Shown here: one piece after another, positions 1-8,504 of the stretch
Numbering within the stretch: the stretch's first letter is position 1
How the letters are laid out: each line of letters starts with the position of its first letter
Source of the DNA: Bacillota bacterium
GTDB lineage: Bacteria; Bacillota; Proteinivoracia; UBA4975
Length of the DNA stretch: 33,259 nucleotides
Direction of reading: 5' to 3'
Assembly (NCBI GenBank): GCA_012727415.1
Contig: JAAYHI010000160.1
Coordinates: 1 to 33,259 of the forward strand
Position numbers and translations under genes: made by a program
Notes under the pieces: generated by a model
What the model saw: the letters and a program-made list of their open reading frames with translations, nothing else
What the model was told of the DNA's origin: nothing
Databases searched by the model: none

Positions 1-623
1 ATTGCAACCGGCTCACTCGAAAGCATGTCAACATATACATCGGCACCATACTCAGGGCAGTCGATATACTCCTGGATCATCAGGTCATGGTGTTTACTAA
101 AGAGAAGGTCGATTTCTTCTCTCCCACTAGCAGTCCTGATTCCCAAACTTGCGCTGCCCCTGACCGGCTTGACAATAACAGGATAATCGATGATGCCGCA
201 TTCAACATCCCTGAAAAACAGTTCTTTGTCAACATAGCTTCTGATAGCCTTAAATCCGTTTTCGAGCAGAAATTGATTGAAACGCCATTTATCAAAACAC
301 ATTTCAACAACATCATAATCGGATATTATTGGAGTTATGCCTGCCTTCAAAAACAAGTCCTTATTTGCCGCCAGCATGCTGAGCTCAGGATCTATCAGGG
401 ACAAAACTGCCCTGATGTCATTCTCCTTACAGATATTTAGTATAGTGTCCAGGTAAGATGCTTCATTTATCCCCGGGACTATGAAGTACTTGTCGGCATC
501 ATACAGTGCGGGAGCCAATTCACTGCAATCCGTCGCCATGACAAGGCCATTACTGCCCAATTCCCGTTTAAAGTACTGGATAATCTTATTTCTGGTGCCG
601 CAACTTAATATCAGTATGTTCAT
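1..623 (-). CDS. ATP-grasp domain protein (PylC/carbamoyl-phosphate-synthase-like, polysaccharide-locus type); 3' end runs off the window
   Basis: Not in the ORF track; translated by hand. ATG at 623 directly follows the upstream TAA (TAAATG) and the frame is open to position 1: MNILILSCGTRNKIIQYFKRELG...APALYDADKYFIVP...SLIDPEL...CFDKWRF...YPVIVKPVRGSASLG...MIQEYIDCPEYGADVYVD. DK, P-x-x-x-KP-x-x-G-S-A-S and QEYI...E are ATP-grasp motifs. Confidence 0.88.
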   Translation of the reverse strand, partial: MNILILSCGTRNKIIQYFKRELGSNGLVMATDCSELAPALYDADKYFIVPGINEASYLDTILNICKENDIRAVLSLIDPELSMLAANKDLFLKAGITPIISDYDVVEMCFDKWRFNQFLLENGFKAIRSYVDKELFFRDVECGIIDYPVIVKPVRGSASLGIRTASGREEIDLLFSKHHDLMIQEYIDCPEYGADVYVDMLSSEPVA

Positions 624-1559
624 TTACAGTTCCCCCAAGCTGTCGAAAAATAATGGGGTGCCGCCGGTATGGATAAACAGAATATTCATCCCGGTTATTT
701 GACTTTCCCGGATAAATTCTTTCATCCCCCAGAAGGCCTTCCCGGTATATGTGGTATCCAGAGGAATGCCTTCCTTTATCAATACGCTCCTAATGGTTTG
801 CACAACCTCCTGATTGTAACTGCCGTAGCCTTCAAGCACATAAGCATCTACGAAGTCAATGGATTCTCCGCTGACGCCTGTTTCACCGATACTATTCAGG
901 TAGCTGTTTACACTGTCGACGACTACCTGGCTGCCCCAGGGCTTGCGGCGAGCAATACTGATGCCGACAACTTTACTGTTGTCTTTATTGATTACCTGCC
1001 CGCATACAAGGCCGGCTTGAGTAGTGCCGGTGCCGGACGGGTGGAATATATAGTCAAATTTAATTTTGTTGCTATTTTCGAAGTGCAAAATCTCTTTATA
1101 GGCATCTGCATACGCCTTTGTTCCCAGATTGCCGTGGCCGCCGCCAGGGATAAAGTAAGGCTTATACCCCTGATGCCTTAACCTCTCCAATTTTTCCTCA
1201 ATGGTGTCCTTTACAGCTGCCACCTGACACAAAATTATCTCGGCACCAAAGAACTGCATCAGGGCTGTGTTATATGAAGCTGTTCGGGTCTCAACCGGAG
1301 AAATAATACTGCAGGGCAGCCCCTTGGCAGCAGCGAGGTTTGCAACCACTCTGCAGTGGTTAGAACTGCTGCTGCCGTAGGTGACGACATAATCACAGGA
1401 CTTCCTCTCCACTTCTGCGAAAAAGGGCATCGCCTTCCGTGCTTTATTTCCACCGAAGGAAAAAGGGAAGAGATCATCCCTTTTCACGAAGAAGGCATTG
1501 CCATTAAACCTGTCCGTTAGCATTTGAATTGGTGTCGAGGGATAGTTGCCATACATCAT
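624..1559 (-). CDS. PLP-dependent D-cysteine desulfhydrase / ACC deaminase family enzyme (desulfhydrase-like residues)
   Basis: Motifs KRDDL, GGNKARK (PLP lysine), SNHCR, IPGGG, GTGTTQAG, LDTTYTGKA and FIHTGG; AAGGAG RBS; TAATG overlap with the GNAT stop. Confidence 0.88.
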   Translation of the reverse strand: MMYGNYPSTPIQMLTDRFNGNAFFVKRDDLFPFSFGGNKARKAMPFFAEVERKSCDYVVTYGSSSSNHCRVVANLAAAKGLPCSIISPVETRTASYNTALMQFFGAEIILCQVAAVKDTIEEKLERLRHQGYKPYFIPGGGHGNLGTKAYADAYKEILHFENSNKIKFDYIFHPSGTGTTQAGLVCGQVINKDNSKVVGISIARRKPWGSQVVVDSVNSYLNSIGETGVSGESIDFVDAYVLEGYGSYNQEVVQTIRSVLIKEGIPLDTTYTGKAFWGMKEFIRESQITGMNILFIHTGGTPLFFDSLGEL

Positions 1560-2074
1560 TATAAGTTCTCCTTGCGGTATTCAGCAGCCAGCAAGCCGTA
1601 GACGAATCTGTCAACCCTTCTTCCATCCTGGAGGAGGTCTTGTCGCAGCAGGCCTTCTTTGACAAAACCAAGCCTTTCAAAGAGCTTCTGCGCCGCTAAG
1701 TTTTCAACTTCTGTGTACAGGTAAATCTTATTTAAATTAAAAACAGTAAACCCCTTGTCCAGCAAGAGCCGGGAGGCCGTAAACGCTACTCCCCGGCCTT
1801 TGTATTTCTCTTCGCCAAGAGCAACATAGTACTCCCCTTTCCTGTTCCTGGAGTCGATGTTAATAAGGCCAATCAGGCCGGCGGGTTCCCCGTTGCAGGT
1901 AATGGTATAGTCGGCCCGGTCCTTTCTGCCCTGAAGAGACCTGAACCACAACAATGTCTTCTCTTCGCTCAGAGGTAAATCGTAATGAAGAAATCTGTTG
2001 TTCTTCTCGTCATTAATCCATTTTACCTTAAGGGGTATATCTTCCTCGATAAATCTTCGTATCTCAATATTCAT
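1559..2074 (-). CDS. GNAT N-acyltransferase (RimJ/RimL, PseH/SpeG-like)
   Basis: Acyl-CoA loop YKGRGVA, LNKIYLYT and N-x-x-AQKLFERLGFVKEG. Start moved to ATG 2074 behind GAGGTGG (track start 2083). Confidence 0.85.
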   Translation of the reverse strand: MNIEIRRFIEEDIPLKVKWINDEKNNRFLHYDLPLSEEKTLLWFRSLQGRKDRADYTITCNGEPAGLIGLINIDSRNRKGEYYVALGEEKYKGRGVAFTASRLLLDKGFTVFNLNKIYLYTEVENLAAQKLFERLGFVKEGLLRQDLLQDGRRVDRFVYGLLAAEYRKENL

Positions 2075-2088
2075 AACTACCACCTCAG

Positions 2089-2703
2089 TCAGGCAGACAT
2101 GTCCTCAGATTGGGTATAAATGCTTTCCTTGCGAAAAATCTTTTGCACAGTTTTAAAGAGTATTTTTATGTCCAGCCAGATGGTAAAATTTTCGACGTAT
2201 TTGACATCGACGCGGATTCTCTCATCCCAGGGCACGGAATTCCTGACAGTGACTTGAGTCAGCCCAGTCATTCCAGGTCTCATTCCAAACCGCTTCCGCT
2301 GGAAATCAGAGTACTCATCATATCTGTACGGGTGGAATGGAACCGGCGGTCTTGGCCCTACCAAACTCATATCCCCAACGATTACATTCCAAAGTTGGGG
2401 TAGTTCATCCAGACATGTCCCTCTGAGGAATTTGCCTATCTTAGTAATTCTCTGGTCCTGCTCGGTCCTGACGAACAAACCGTCGCCAATCTTCTCGGCA
2501 TCAACCACCATTGTTCGGAACTTAAGGATATTGAAGATCTTGCCGTCCTTCCCCAGGCGTTGCTGTTTAAAGAAAACCGGGCCCTTGGAAGTAAGCTTGA
2601 TCAGCAACGCAATAATAAGGAGAATTGGCGAAATAATAATGCCCCCAATAATGCTTCCCAAGAGATCGACAACCCGTTTAATAAAAATATTTACAGCTCT
2701 CAC
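2089..2703 (-). CDS. Priming phosphoglycosyl transferase (small PglC/EpsL-type bacterial sugar transferase)
   Basis: KRVVD, one hydrophobic segment, KFRTM, LDELPQLWNV, GDMSLVGPRP, RPGMTGLTQV. Confidence 0.93.
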   Translation of the reverse strand: MRAVNIFIKRVVDLLGSIIGGIIISPILLIIALLIKLTSKGPVFFKQQRLGKDGKIFNILKFRTMVVDAEKIGDGLFVRTEQDQRITKIGKFLRGTCLDELPQLWNVIVGDMSLVGPRPPVPFHPYRYDEYSDFQRKRFGMRPGMTGLTQVTVRNSVPWDERIRVDVKYVENFTIWLDIKILFKTVQKIFRKESIYTQSEDMSA

Positions 2704-2810
2704 AGACTCACCCTATCTATTAGCTGATCAGTGCTGCTTGATATCACTTAACAGAGCTTAACACAGTGTACGTTATAATAAAGGGAAATTCATGGCAGGC
2801 TGGCAAGCTA

Positions 2811-3449
2811 TCATTCATAAGGTAAAGGTATTGCTTGCACAAACTTGCCGCGGACAATAAGTCGCTTTGCCGATGAGACGCTTCCCACCCGCTGACAAGT
2901 TGTCAAAGTAATGGCGGCGTAGTCCAGGGGGGCAATTACTTCGACCTGTGTTGGTTCGACAGAAAACACCTCTTCAACTTCATAAAAGTAATCCGCTTTG
3001 GGAGTGCGAAGGATTATTTCATCGCGGGGATTGAGGTCAAAGAGCTTGTGAAAATACCCTGCAGGTCCTCCTCTGTGCCCGGCAATCAATAAGTTGCCGA
3101 CCTCGCCGGGGAAGACGCTTTCCGGATAATAGCTGGGTGGTTGGTTGAACTTACGGGAAAATACATCCATATCCTTGACCGCCACTACTTGCACCGACAA
3201 GTCAACAGCCGGGATCTCCAGTTGAGTGGGAGGGAACTCGTCCCACTTCGGGAGAGAAGGCTCCTGCTGCTTATCTTTTCCGGCAATGGCCTCAATATGA
3301 TATTTCTGACGTTGTTCCATAAATGCTTGTTCCAGGCGGCTCTGCTCCACCCGAGCCTGGATTCTTAAGTACAGAGGATATCCTATCATGGCCAAACCGG
3401 CAAATATCAGGATTGCTGCAACGATATGAATAACTTTCCTTTTTACCAT
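2811..3449 (-). CDS. Sortase, probably class D
   Basis: N-terminal membrane anchor; triad motifs IAGHRG (His), TLTTC (Cys) and RLIVRG (Arg). Start moved to ATG 3449 behind GGGGGTGA. Confidence 0.88.
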   Translation of the reverse strand: MVKRKVIHIVAAILIFAGLAMIGYPLYLRIQARVEQSRLEQAFMEQRQKYHIEAIAGKDKQQEPSLPKWDEFPPTQLEIPAVDLSVQVVAVKDMDVFSRKFNQPPSYYPESVFPGEVGNLLIAGHRGGPAGYFHKLFDLNPRDEIILRTPKADYFYEVEEVFSVEPTQVEVIAPLDYAAITLTTCQRVGSVSSAKRLIVRGKFVQAIPLPYE

Positions 3450-3481
3450 ACCGTCACCCCCATCCCCCAAGAATGGCTAAG

Positions 3482-4651
3482 TTACCTGTCAGCAAGAATA
3501 TTAACATAAAGATCTATTAACTTGCCCTCTTCACGCTCCCAGCAAAACAAACTGGCAGCTTTGCCTGTATTTTCTGAGTAAATCCGGTAAAGGTCCTTCT
3601 CCAGAAATACGTTAAGTTCGTTGGCGATTAACTCAGGATCCCAGGAAGCCAGGACCAGCCCGACTTTATACTCTTCGACAACCTTCCGCATTTCGGGAAG
3701 GTTGCTGACAACCACCGGCAAGCCCGCCTGCATATATTCAAATACCTTATTGGGCAGGCAGTAATGGTAGCTCAGGCATACATCTTCGATTATACTTATG
3801 CCTATATCCCCTCCCGCTGTATAGGGAGCCAAATCTGACGGGGACACTGCGGGGTGAAAATAAACTCTTGCTGCAACACCTAAGTCTGCGGCCAGCTCTT
3901 TCAAGTGAGGGACGAGAATGCCATTGCCCAAAATGACAATGACAAATTCATCGCGCAAATACCTGGTTGCTTTGACCATCAGTTCCAGCCCCCGATGCGG
4001 GCTGATAACCCCCTGATATAAGAGGATAATCTTATCGGGGGCAATGCCCAAATCCCTGCGCAAGGGGGAAGCGTCCCGGGAAAATTCTTCCCGCGCCCGA
4101 TAATATGGAAGATTCCTCAGCAGGACAACCCCTTCAATACCAAAGCTCTCTTCCATATACTGCGCAATTGGCTGGGTAACAGTAATCACTCCTGCTGCTC
4201 TGCGGGCAATAAAGCGTTCCATCTTTGCCGCCAACTTTTTTACATTTGCCGGGCGCTTAGCGGCATGAGCCGTATGACCCCAAAGTTCATGGGCATCATA
4301 AACCAGTTTGCTCCTGGCCAGCTTGGCAATCATATAACCAATGGGCAGGGCATCCCGGTCGTGCGCATGCACCAACACCGGCCGCAGAAGCCTGCCTTTC
4401 TGCACCATCTTCCAGACACATTCGAGGTACTTAAACAGCTGCCAAAAAAAAGATTTCGGCAGGGAACGTGTCCGCAAGGCAAAGCGGGTTAATTCATGGG
4501 TATCCCGGGTCTCCTTCAGCGGCAGGCCGGTTTCATGCAGTGAGAATACATGGACTTGGTACCCGGCCGCGGTCAGAGTGCGACATTCCCGCAACACTCT
4601 GGAATCGTTGGTAAAACTGTTAAGGACAATATGGAGGACGGTATCAGCCAT
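3482..4651 (-). CDS. Glycosyltransferase family 4
   Basis: DSRV, VHAHD, YDAHE, YQG, PNKVFEYMQAGLPVVVS. Start moved to ATG 4651 behind GAGGGG. Confidence 0.9.
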   Translation of the reverse strand: MADTVLHIVLNSFTNDSRVLRECRTLTAAGYQVHVFSLHETGLPLKETRDTHELTRFALRTRSLPKSFFWQLFKYLECVWKMVQKGRLLRPVLVHAHDRDALPIGYMIAKLARSKLVYDAHELWGHTAHAAKRPANVKKLAAKMERFIARRAAGVITVTQPIAQYMEESFGIEGVVLLRNLPYYRAREEFSRDASPLRRDLGIAPDKIILLYQGVISPHRGLELMVKATRYLRDEFVIVILGNGILVPHLKELAADLGVAARVYFHPAVSPSDLAPYTAGGDIGISIIEDVCLSYHYCLPNKVFEYMQAGLPVVVSNLPEMRKVVEEYKVGLVLASWDPELIANELNVFLEKDLYRIYSENTGKAASLFCWEREEGKLIDLYVNILADR

Positions 4652-4674
4652 CTTTTTCCCCTCTTTAGTTATGC

Positions 4675-5796
4675 TCAACCCAGGGATTTGAGTATGGTCG
4701 CCAATGTTCGGGTTACTGTATCCACCTGTTCTTCACTCATCCGGGTAAAGAAAGGCAAAGCTATTGTGCGTGCGGCAATATTTTCTGTCACTGGAAAGTC
4801 ACCAGGTGAGTAACCCGTCATTTCGATTATGTGGGGCTGGTGATGAATGGGGGTAAAATATGGTTTGCAGCCAATGCCCGCTTCCTGCAGGCGATACATG
4901 ACTTTATTCCGATTAATTCCCTCATCCAGGGTTATGACATAGACAAACCAGCTCATCCTGGTAACATTGCCGGCAATCCAGGGTGCGCTAACTCCGGGAA
5001 TGCCCTGCAGCCTTTCTGCGTACATCTCCGCCACCTTTTGACGGGCAGCGATAATTTCATCGAGCCGTTCCATTTGGGCGACGCCAATGGCGGCATGTAC
5101 TTCACTTAAGCGATAGTTATACCCCAGGCGCTGATGCTCCAGCCAGGTTCCTGTGACAGCTCTGCCCTGGCTGCGCATGCTGCGGCATAATTCAGCTATT
5201 TCATCGACATTTGTTACAATCACTCCGCCTTCGGCAGTGGTTATTTGCTTATTAGGATAAAAAGCGAAAGCGGCAACGGTAGACTGAGAACCAGCCATCT
5301 TTCCCCTCCAGGCTGAACCCAGGGCCTCACAGCTGTCCTGAATAACCACCAGGTTATGGCGATGAGCAATATCATTTACCGCCTCAATGTCAAAAGGCTG
5401 GCCAAAAACATCCACAGGCAAAATCCCTTTGGTTTTTGAGGTTATCCTGGCTTCGATCTGATTGATATCGAGATTGAAAGTGCGGGGGTCAATGTCAACA
5501 AATACAGGCTTGCCCCTTTCAAATAATATGCAGTTAGTCGAGGCAATAAAGCTAAAAGGCGTCGTGATGACTTCATCGCCTTCTTCAATCCCGCATGCCC
5601 TGATCATCAAGTGCAAAGCACTGGTGCCGCTGTTTACGGCAATGGCATGTTTAACGCCAATATATTCGCTGACTAGTTGCTCAAATCTTTCGATTACCGG
5701 ACCGATGCTGAGCACACCTGAACGCAATACTTCATTGACATATTCGATTTCTTTTTCACCGACATCCGGCCGGGACAGAGGAATTACTTCTTTCAT
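4675..5796 (-). CDS. DegT/DnrJ/EryC1/StrS sugar aminotransferase (likely C4 aminotransferase paired with the CapD-type dehydratase)
   Basis: NSGTSALH, TTPFSFIAS, FYPNKQITTAEGG (PLP Lys), GYNYRL. True start MKEVIPLS at 5796, overlapping the flippase stop (TAATG); the track's extension to 5952 lies inside the flippase gene. Confidence 0.92.
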   Translation of the reverse strand: MKEVIPLSRPDVGEKEIEYVNEVLRSGVLSIGPVIERFEQLVSEYIGVKHAIAVNSGTSALHLMIRACGIEEGDEVITTPFSFIASTNCILFERGKPVFVDIDPRTFNLDINQIEARITSKTKGILPVDVFGQPFDIEAVNDIAHRHNLVVIQDSCEALGSAWRGKMAGSQSTVAAFAFYPNKQITTAEGGVIVTNVDEIAELCRSMRSQGRAVTGTWLEHQRLGYNYRLSEVHAAIGVAQMERLDEIIAARQKVAEMYAERLQGIPGVSAPWIAGNVTRMSWFVYVITLDEGINRNKVMYRLQEAGIGCKPYFTPIHHQPHIIEMTGYSPGDFPVTENIAARTIALPFFTRMSEEQVDTVTRTLATILKSLG

Positions 5797-7358
5797 TATT
5801 TTCCTCCCTGCTCTGCATGGCTGAATCTTTGCCATACTCTTTTGATCAGAATCTTTGTTTCGGCAGCTCCCTGTGCTTTCAGCAACGCGGCGCAGAGGAA
5901 GTACACTGCAGCACCAAGCCCGATAACTGCTGCCAAGGTCACCGCTGCCCACAATCTGCCCGAGGGCATCAAGGGCATCAACATATCATATACAAAGTAT
6001 ACCACTATCCCCATCAGCAATGAAGCAACCAGTGACTTACCCGCATCGGCCAGCATGGGCCGAACTTTTATGCCGCCAATTTTGCGGGCGAGAAGCCAAA
6101 GCAGCAAAACCCCTCCCAGCCAGTGGGACAATGAAGTTGCCAGGGCCAGCCCCCCATGCTTGAGGCTGCCGATAAAGAGGAAATTTAACACTACATTCAT
6201 AGAAATAGAGGCAAACGAAGACAGCAATGGAGTCTTGACATCACCCATGGCGTAGAAGGCTTTAATCGAAAAAGTGCTCAGCATGGTGCCAATCAGACCG
6301 ACGCTGTAAAACTGTAAAGGGGCAGCAGTTTGAATGGCAGCGGTCATATCGAAATGGCCCCTTTGAAAGACAATCTGAATTATTGGCAAGGCCAGCACCA
6401 CAAATCCCACCACCATAGGCATCAGCAAAAACTGCATGGAATTGACGGCCTTGGTGAAGGTATCGCGAAACTTGTCATATTCCCGATTGTTAATGTAGTC
6501 AACAAGGCTCGGGTAAACTACAGTAATAATTGAAGTAATCAGCAAGCCCTGAGGCAAGCCGACCAAGCGGGAAGAATAATTGAGGTAGGAAATGCTTCCC
6601 TCCGCCAATGTAGAGGCAAACATTTTGTCAGTTACAGACTTAATCTGGCTAGCCATGCTCCCAATAATTACCGGCGGCAGCATGCGCAAGATCTCTTTAA
6701 GCCCATCGGCGGATGATGCCTTCAAGTCCCCATACATCTTGGTTTTCAGGAACCATGGTAACTTAAACAACGACTGTGCGACGACGCCAAAAAGGGTTCC
6801 CCAAACCAGGGCATAAATACCCAGCTTCTGGTGGAGCGCAAAGCTTATGGCAATAATGACTATGTTATAAGGAAAACCATCCATTCCGGGAACGGCAAAA
6901 TTCCTGTTGACATGGAGAACTGCCCGGATAACTGAAGAAAGGAAGCGGAACAGAATCATTACGCACAGGATTTTCACCATACCTGCGGTAATGCTGGCAG
7001 TGGCATCGTCAAAACCAACTGCAAAGAGCTTAACCAACTGCTTGGGAAAAAGCTCAATAGGAAGGACAAATAACAGGGCGGTAACTGCCAGGCCAATAAG
7101 AATAAATCTTATCACCAAAGACTTGTCCCGCTTTTGTTTGCGGAAACGGTCATATATCGGTATAAAAACATTGTTGATGGCTGACCCCACTCCGGTATAA
7201 AGCAGGGTAGGAATCGTCACCGCCATATTATAAGCATCCGTCAAAGCCGTCGCACCGAAAAGGGCAGCTACCACCATCTCCCGGCCGAAACCCAGGACTT
7301 TGCTTGCCATGGTCAGGACAATTACAATTATTGCTGAGCGCGTAATATTCTTTTTCAT
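5796..7358 (-). CDS. murJ: MurJ/MviN-family lipid-linked glycan flippase
   Basis: SKVLGFGRE...FGA...DAY, FIP, YLNYSSRLVGLP, FQRGHFD, AFYAMGDVKTP; many transmembrane segments. Context suggests a polysaccharide flippase. Confidence 0.88.
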   Translation of the reverse strand: MKKNITRSAIIVIVLTMASKVLGFGREMVVAALFGATALTDAYNMAVTIPTLLYTGVGSAINNVFIPIYDRFRKQKRDKSLVIRFILIGLAVTALLFVLPIELFPKQLVKLFAVGFDDATASITAGMVKILCVMILFRFLSSVIRAVLHVNRNFAVPGMDGFPYNIVIIAISFALHQKLGIYALVWGTLFGVVAQSLFKLPWFLKTKMYGDLKASSADGLKEILRMLPPVIIGSMASQIKSVTDKMFASTLAEGSISYLNYSSRLVGLPQGLLITSIITVVYPSLVDYINNREYDKFRDTFTKAVNSMQFLLMPMVVGFVVLALPIIQIVFQRGHFDMTAAIQTAAPLQFYSVGLIGTMLSTFSIKAFYAMGDVKTPLLSSFASISMNVVLNFLFIGSLKHGGLALATSLSHWLGGVLLLWLLARKIGGIKVRPMLADAGKSLVASLLMGIVVYFVYDMLMPLMPSGRLWAAVTLAAVIGLGAAVYFLCAALLKAQGAAETKILIKRVWQRFSHAEQGGK

Positions 7359-7382
7359 TATTATCCCCCTTGCCTGCGGCTA

Positions 7383-8504
7383 TCAGACCAACAAGGCTGC
7401 AATTCTTTGTCCGGCACGTCCATCTCCGTAAGGAGCTGGCCGCGGCCCCTCCGGCGGCAAAAAGTCATGGTACATTGTCAGTTTTCTGCCCCCCAGCCCC
7501 GCCAGCACATTCCAGCCCGCTTCAACTGTTTCCAGCCATTCTGTTTCATCTCGCAAAGTAATGCACGGCTTCCCTAAAATAAAGGCTTCCTTTTGCACTC
7601 CGCCTGAATCGGTAATTATCAAGGATGCATTGTCCATCAGAAGCAGCATTTCCAGATAGCCAACGGGCTCAATTGCGTGCAGAGAGGGAGATTCCAGCAG
7701 TCTCTCCAGCCTGAAACCGGCGGCCTTTTTTCTGGTCCGGGGATGCAAGGGCAGTATTACTTTGCGCCCCATCGAGGCAAGCCCCCGGAAGACACCTTCC
7801 AGGTTTTCAGGCACATCAGTATTTTCCGCCCGGTGTACTGTAGCAAGGATATAATCATCGCCAAAATGGATTTCCGGTGGCAACTGCCTGCGGCGTGCTA
7901 TCTCCAGATTGTATAATACAGCGTCGTACATGACATCTCCTGTGTTGACAACCAAGGGCCTTTCAGGAGTAACCGAAGGTATTGCCGCCCCAATGTTCGC
8001 CAAATCCCCATTGGAGAAGAGATTAGTAAAGCCTTCCTCTGACAGGTTCCTTACTGCAGTTGCCGTGGGACAAGCTAAGATGGTGGAGATGCTGTCGGTA
8101 ACCACCCGATTGATTTCCTCAGGCATTCTGCGGTTAAAGCTGCGCAGCCCCGACTCCACATGCAAAACCGGCACGTGCAGCTTTACCGCTGCCAAAGCCC
8201 CCGCCACAGTGGAATTAGTATCCCCGTACACAAGTACCCAATCAGGTTGTTCCTTGACAATTATCTCCTCAACCTCCGCCAGCATCCTGCCAGTCTGGCG
8301 GCCATGACTGCCCGAACCCACCCCCAGATTATAGTCGGGCAGCGGAATATTCAGTTCCTGAAAAAAAACGGCAGACATATTTTCGTCATAATGCTGGCCA
8401 GTATGGACTATCACTTCCTGATGGAACCGGCGCAACACCCTGGACACTGCTGCTGCCTTGATAAACTGAGGACGTGCGCCTAAAACCGTAAGAACTTTCA
8501 TCAT
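7383..8504 (-). CDS. Non-hydrolysing UDP-HexNAc 2-epimerase, WbpI/WlbD-like
   Basis: GARPQFIK (WbpI-like rather than the WecB GTRPEAIK), HTGQHYD, GDTNST, HVESGLRS, PEEINR, TDSGGVQKEA. Confidence 0.92.
   Translation of the reverse strand: MMKVLTVLGARPQFIKAAAVSRVLRRFHQEVIVHTGQHYDENMSAVFFQELNIPLPDYNLGVGSGSHGRQTGRMLAEVEEIIVKEQPDWVLVYGDTNSTVAGALAAVKLHVPVLHVESGLRSFNRRMPEEINRVVTDSISTILACPTATAVRNLSEEGFTNLFSNGDLANIGAAIPSVTPERPLVVNTGDVMYDAVLYNLEIARRRQLPPEIHFGDDYILATVHRAENTDVPENLEGVFRGLASMGRKVILPLHPRTRKKAAGFRLERLLESPSLHAIEPVGYLEMLLLMDNASLIITDSGGVQKEAFILGKPCITLRDETEWLETVEAGWNVLAGLGGRKLTMYHDFLPPEGPRPAPYGDGRAGQRIAALLV

Noticed and set aside
80-702. Track ORFs 80..316, 87..440 and 481..702
   Set aside because: They overlap the edge-truncated ATP-grasp gene, which has clear motifs and translational coupling; they have none.
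624-1559. Calling the PLP enzyme ACC deaminase (acdS)
   Set aside because: It has YTGK and HTGG rather than the YEGK and HLGG diagnostic for ACC deaminase.
5797-5952. N-terminal extensions given in the ORF track (also 10969-11094, 16034-16090, 17370-17399)
   Set aside because: They overlap upstream genes, and downstream starts have better RBSs and family-typical N-termini.
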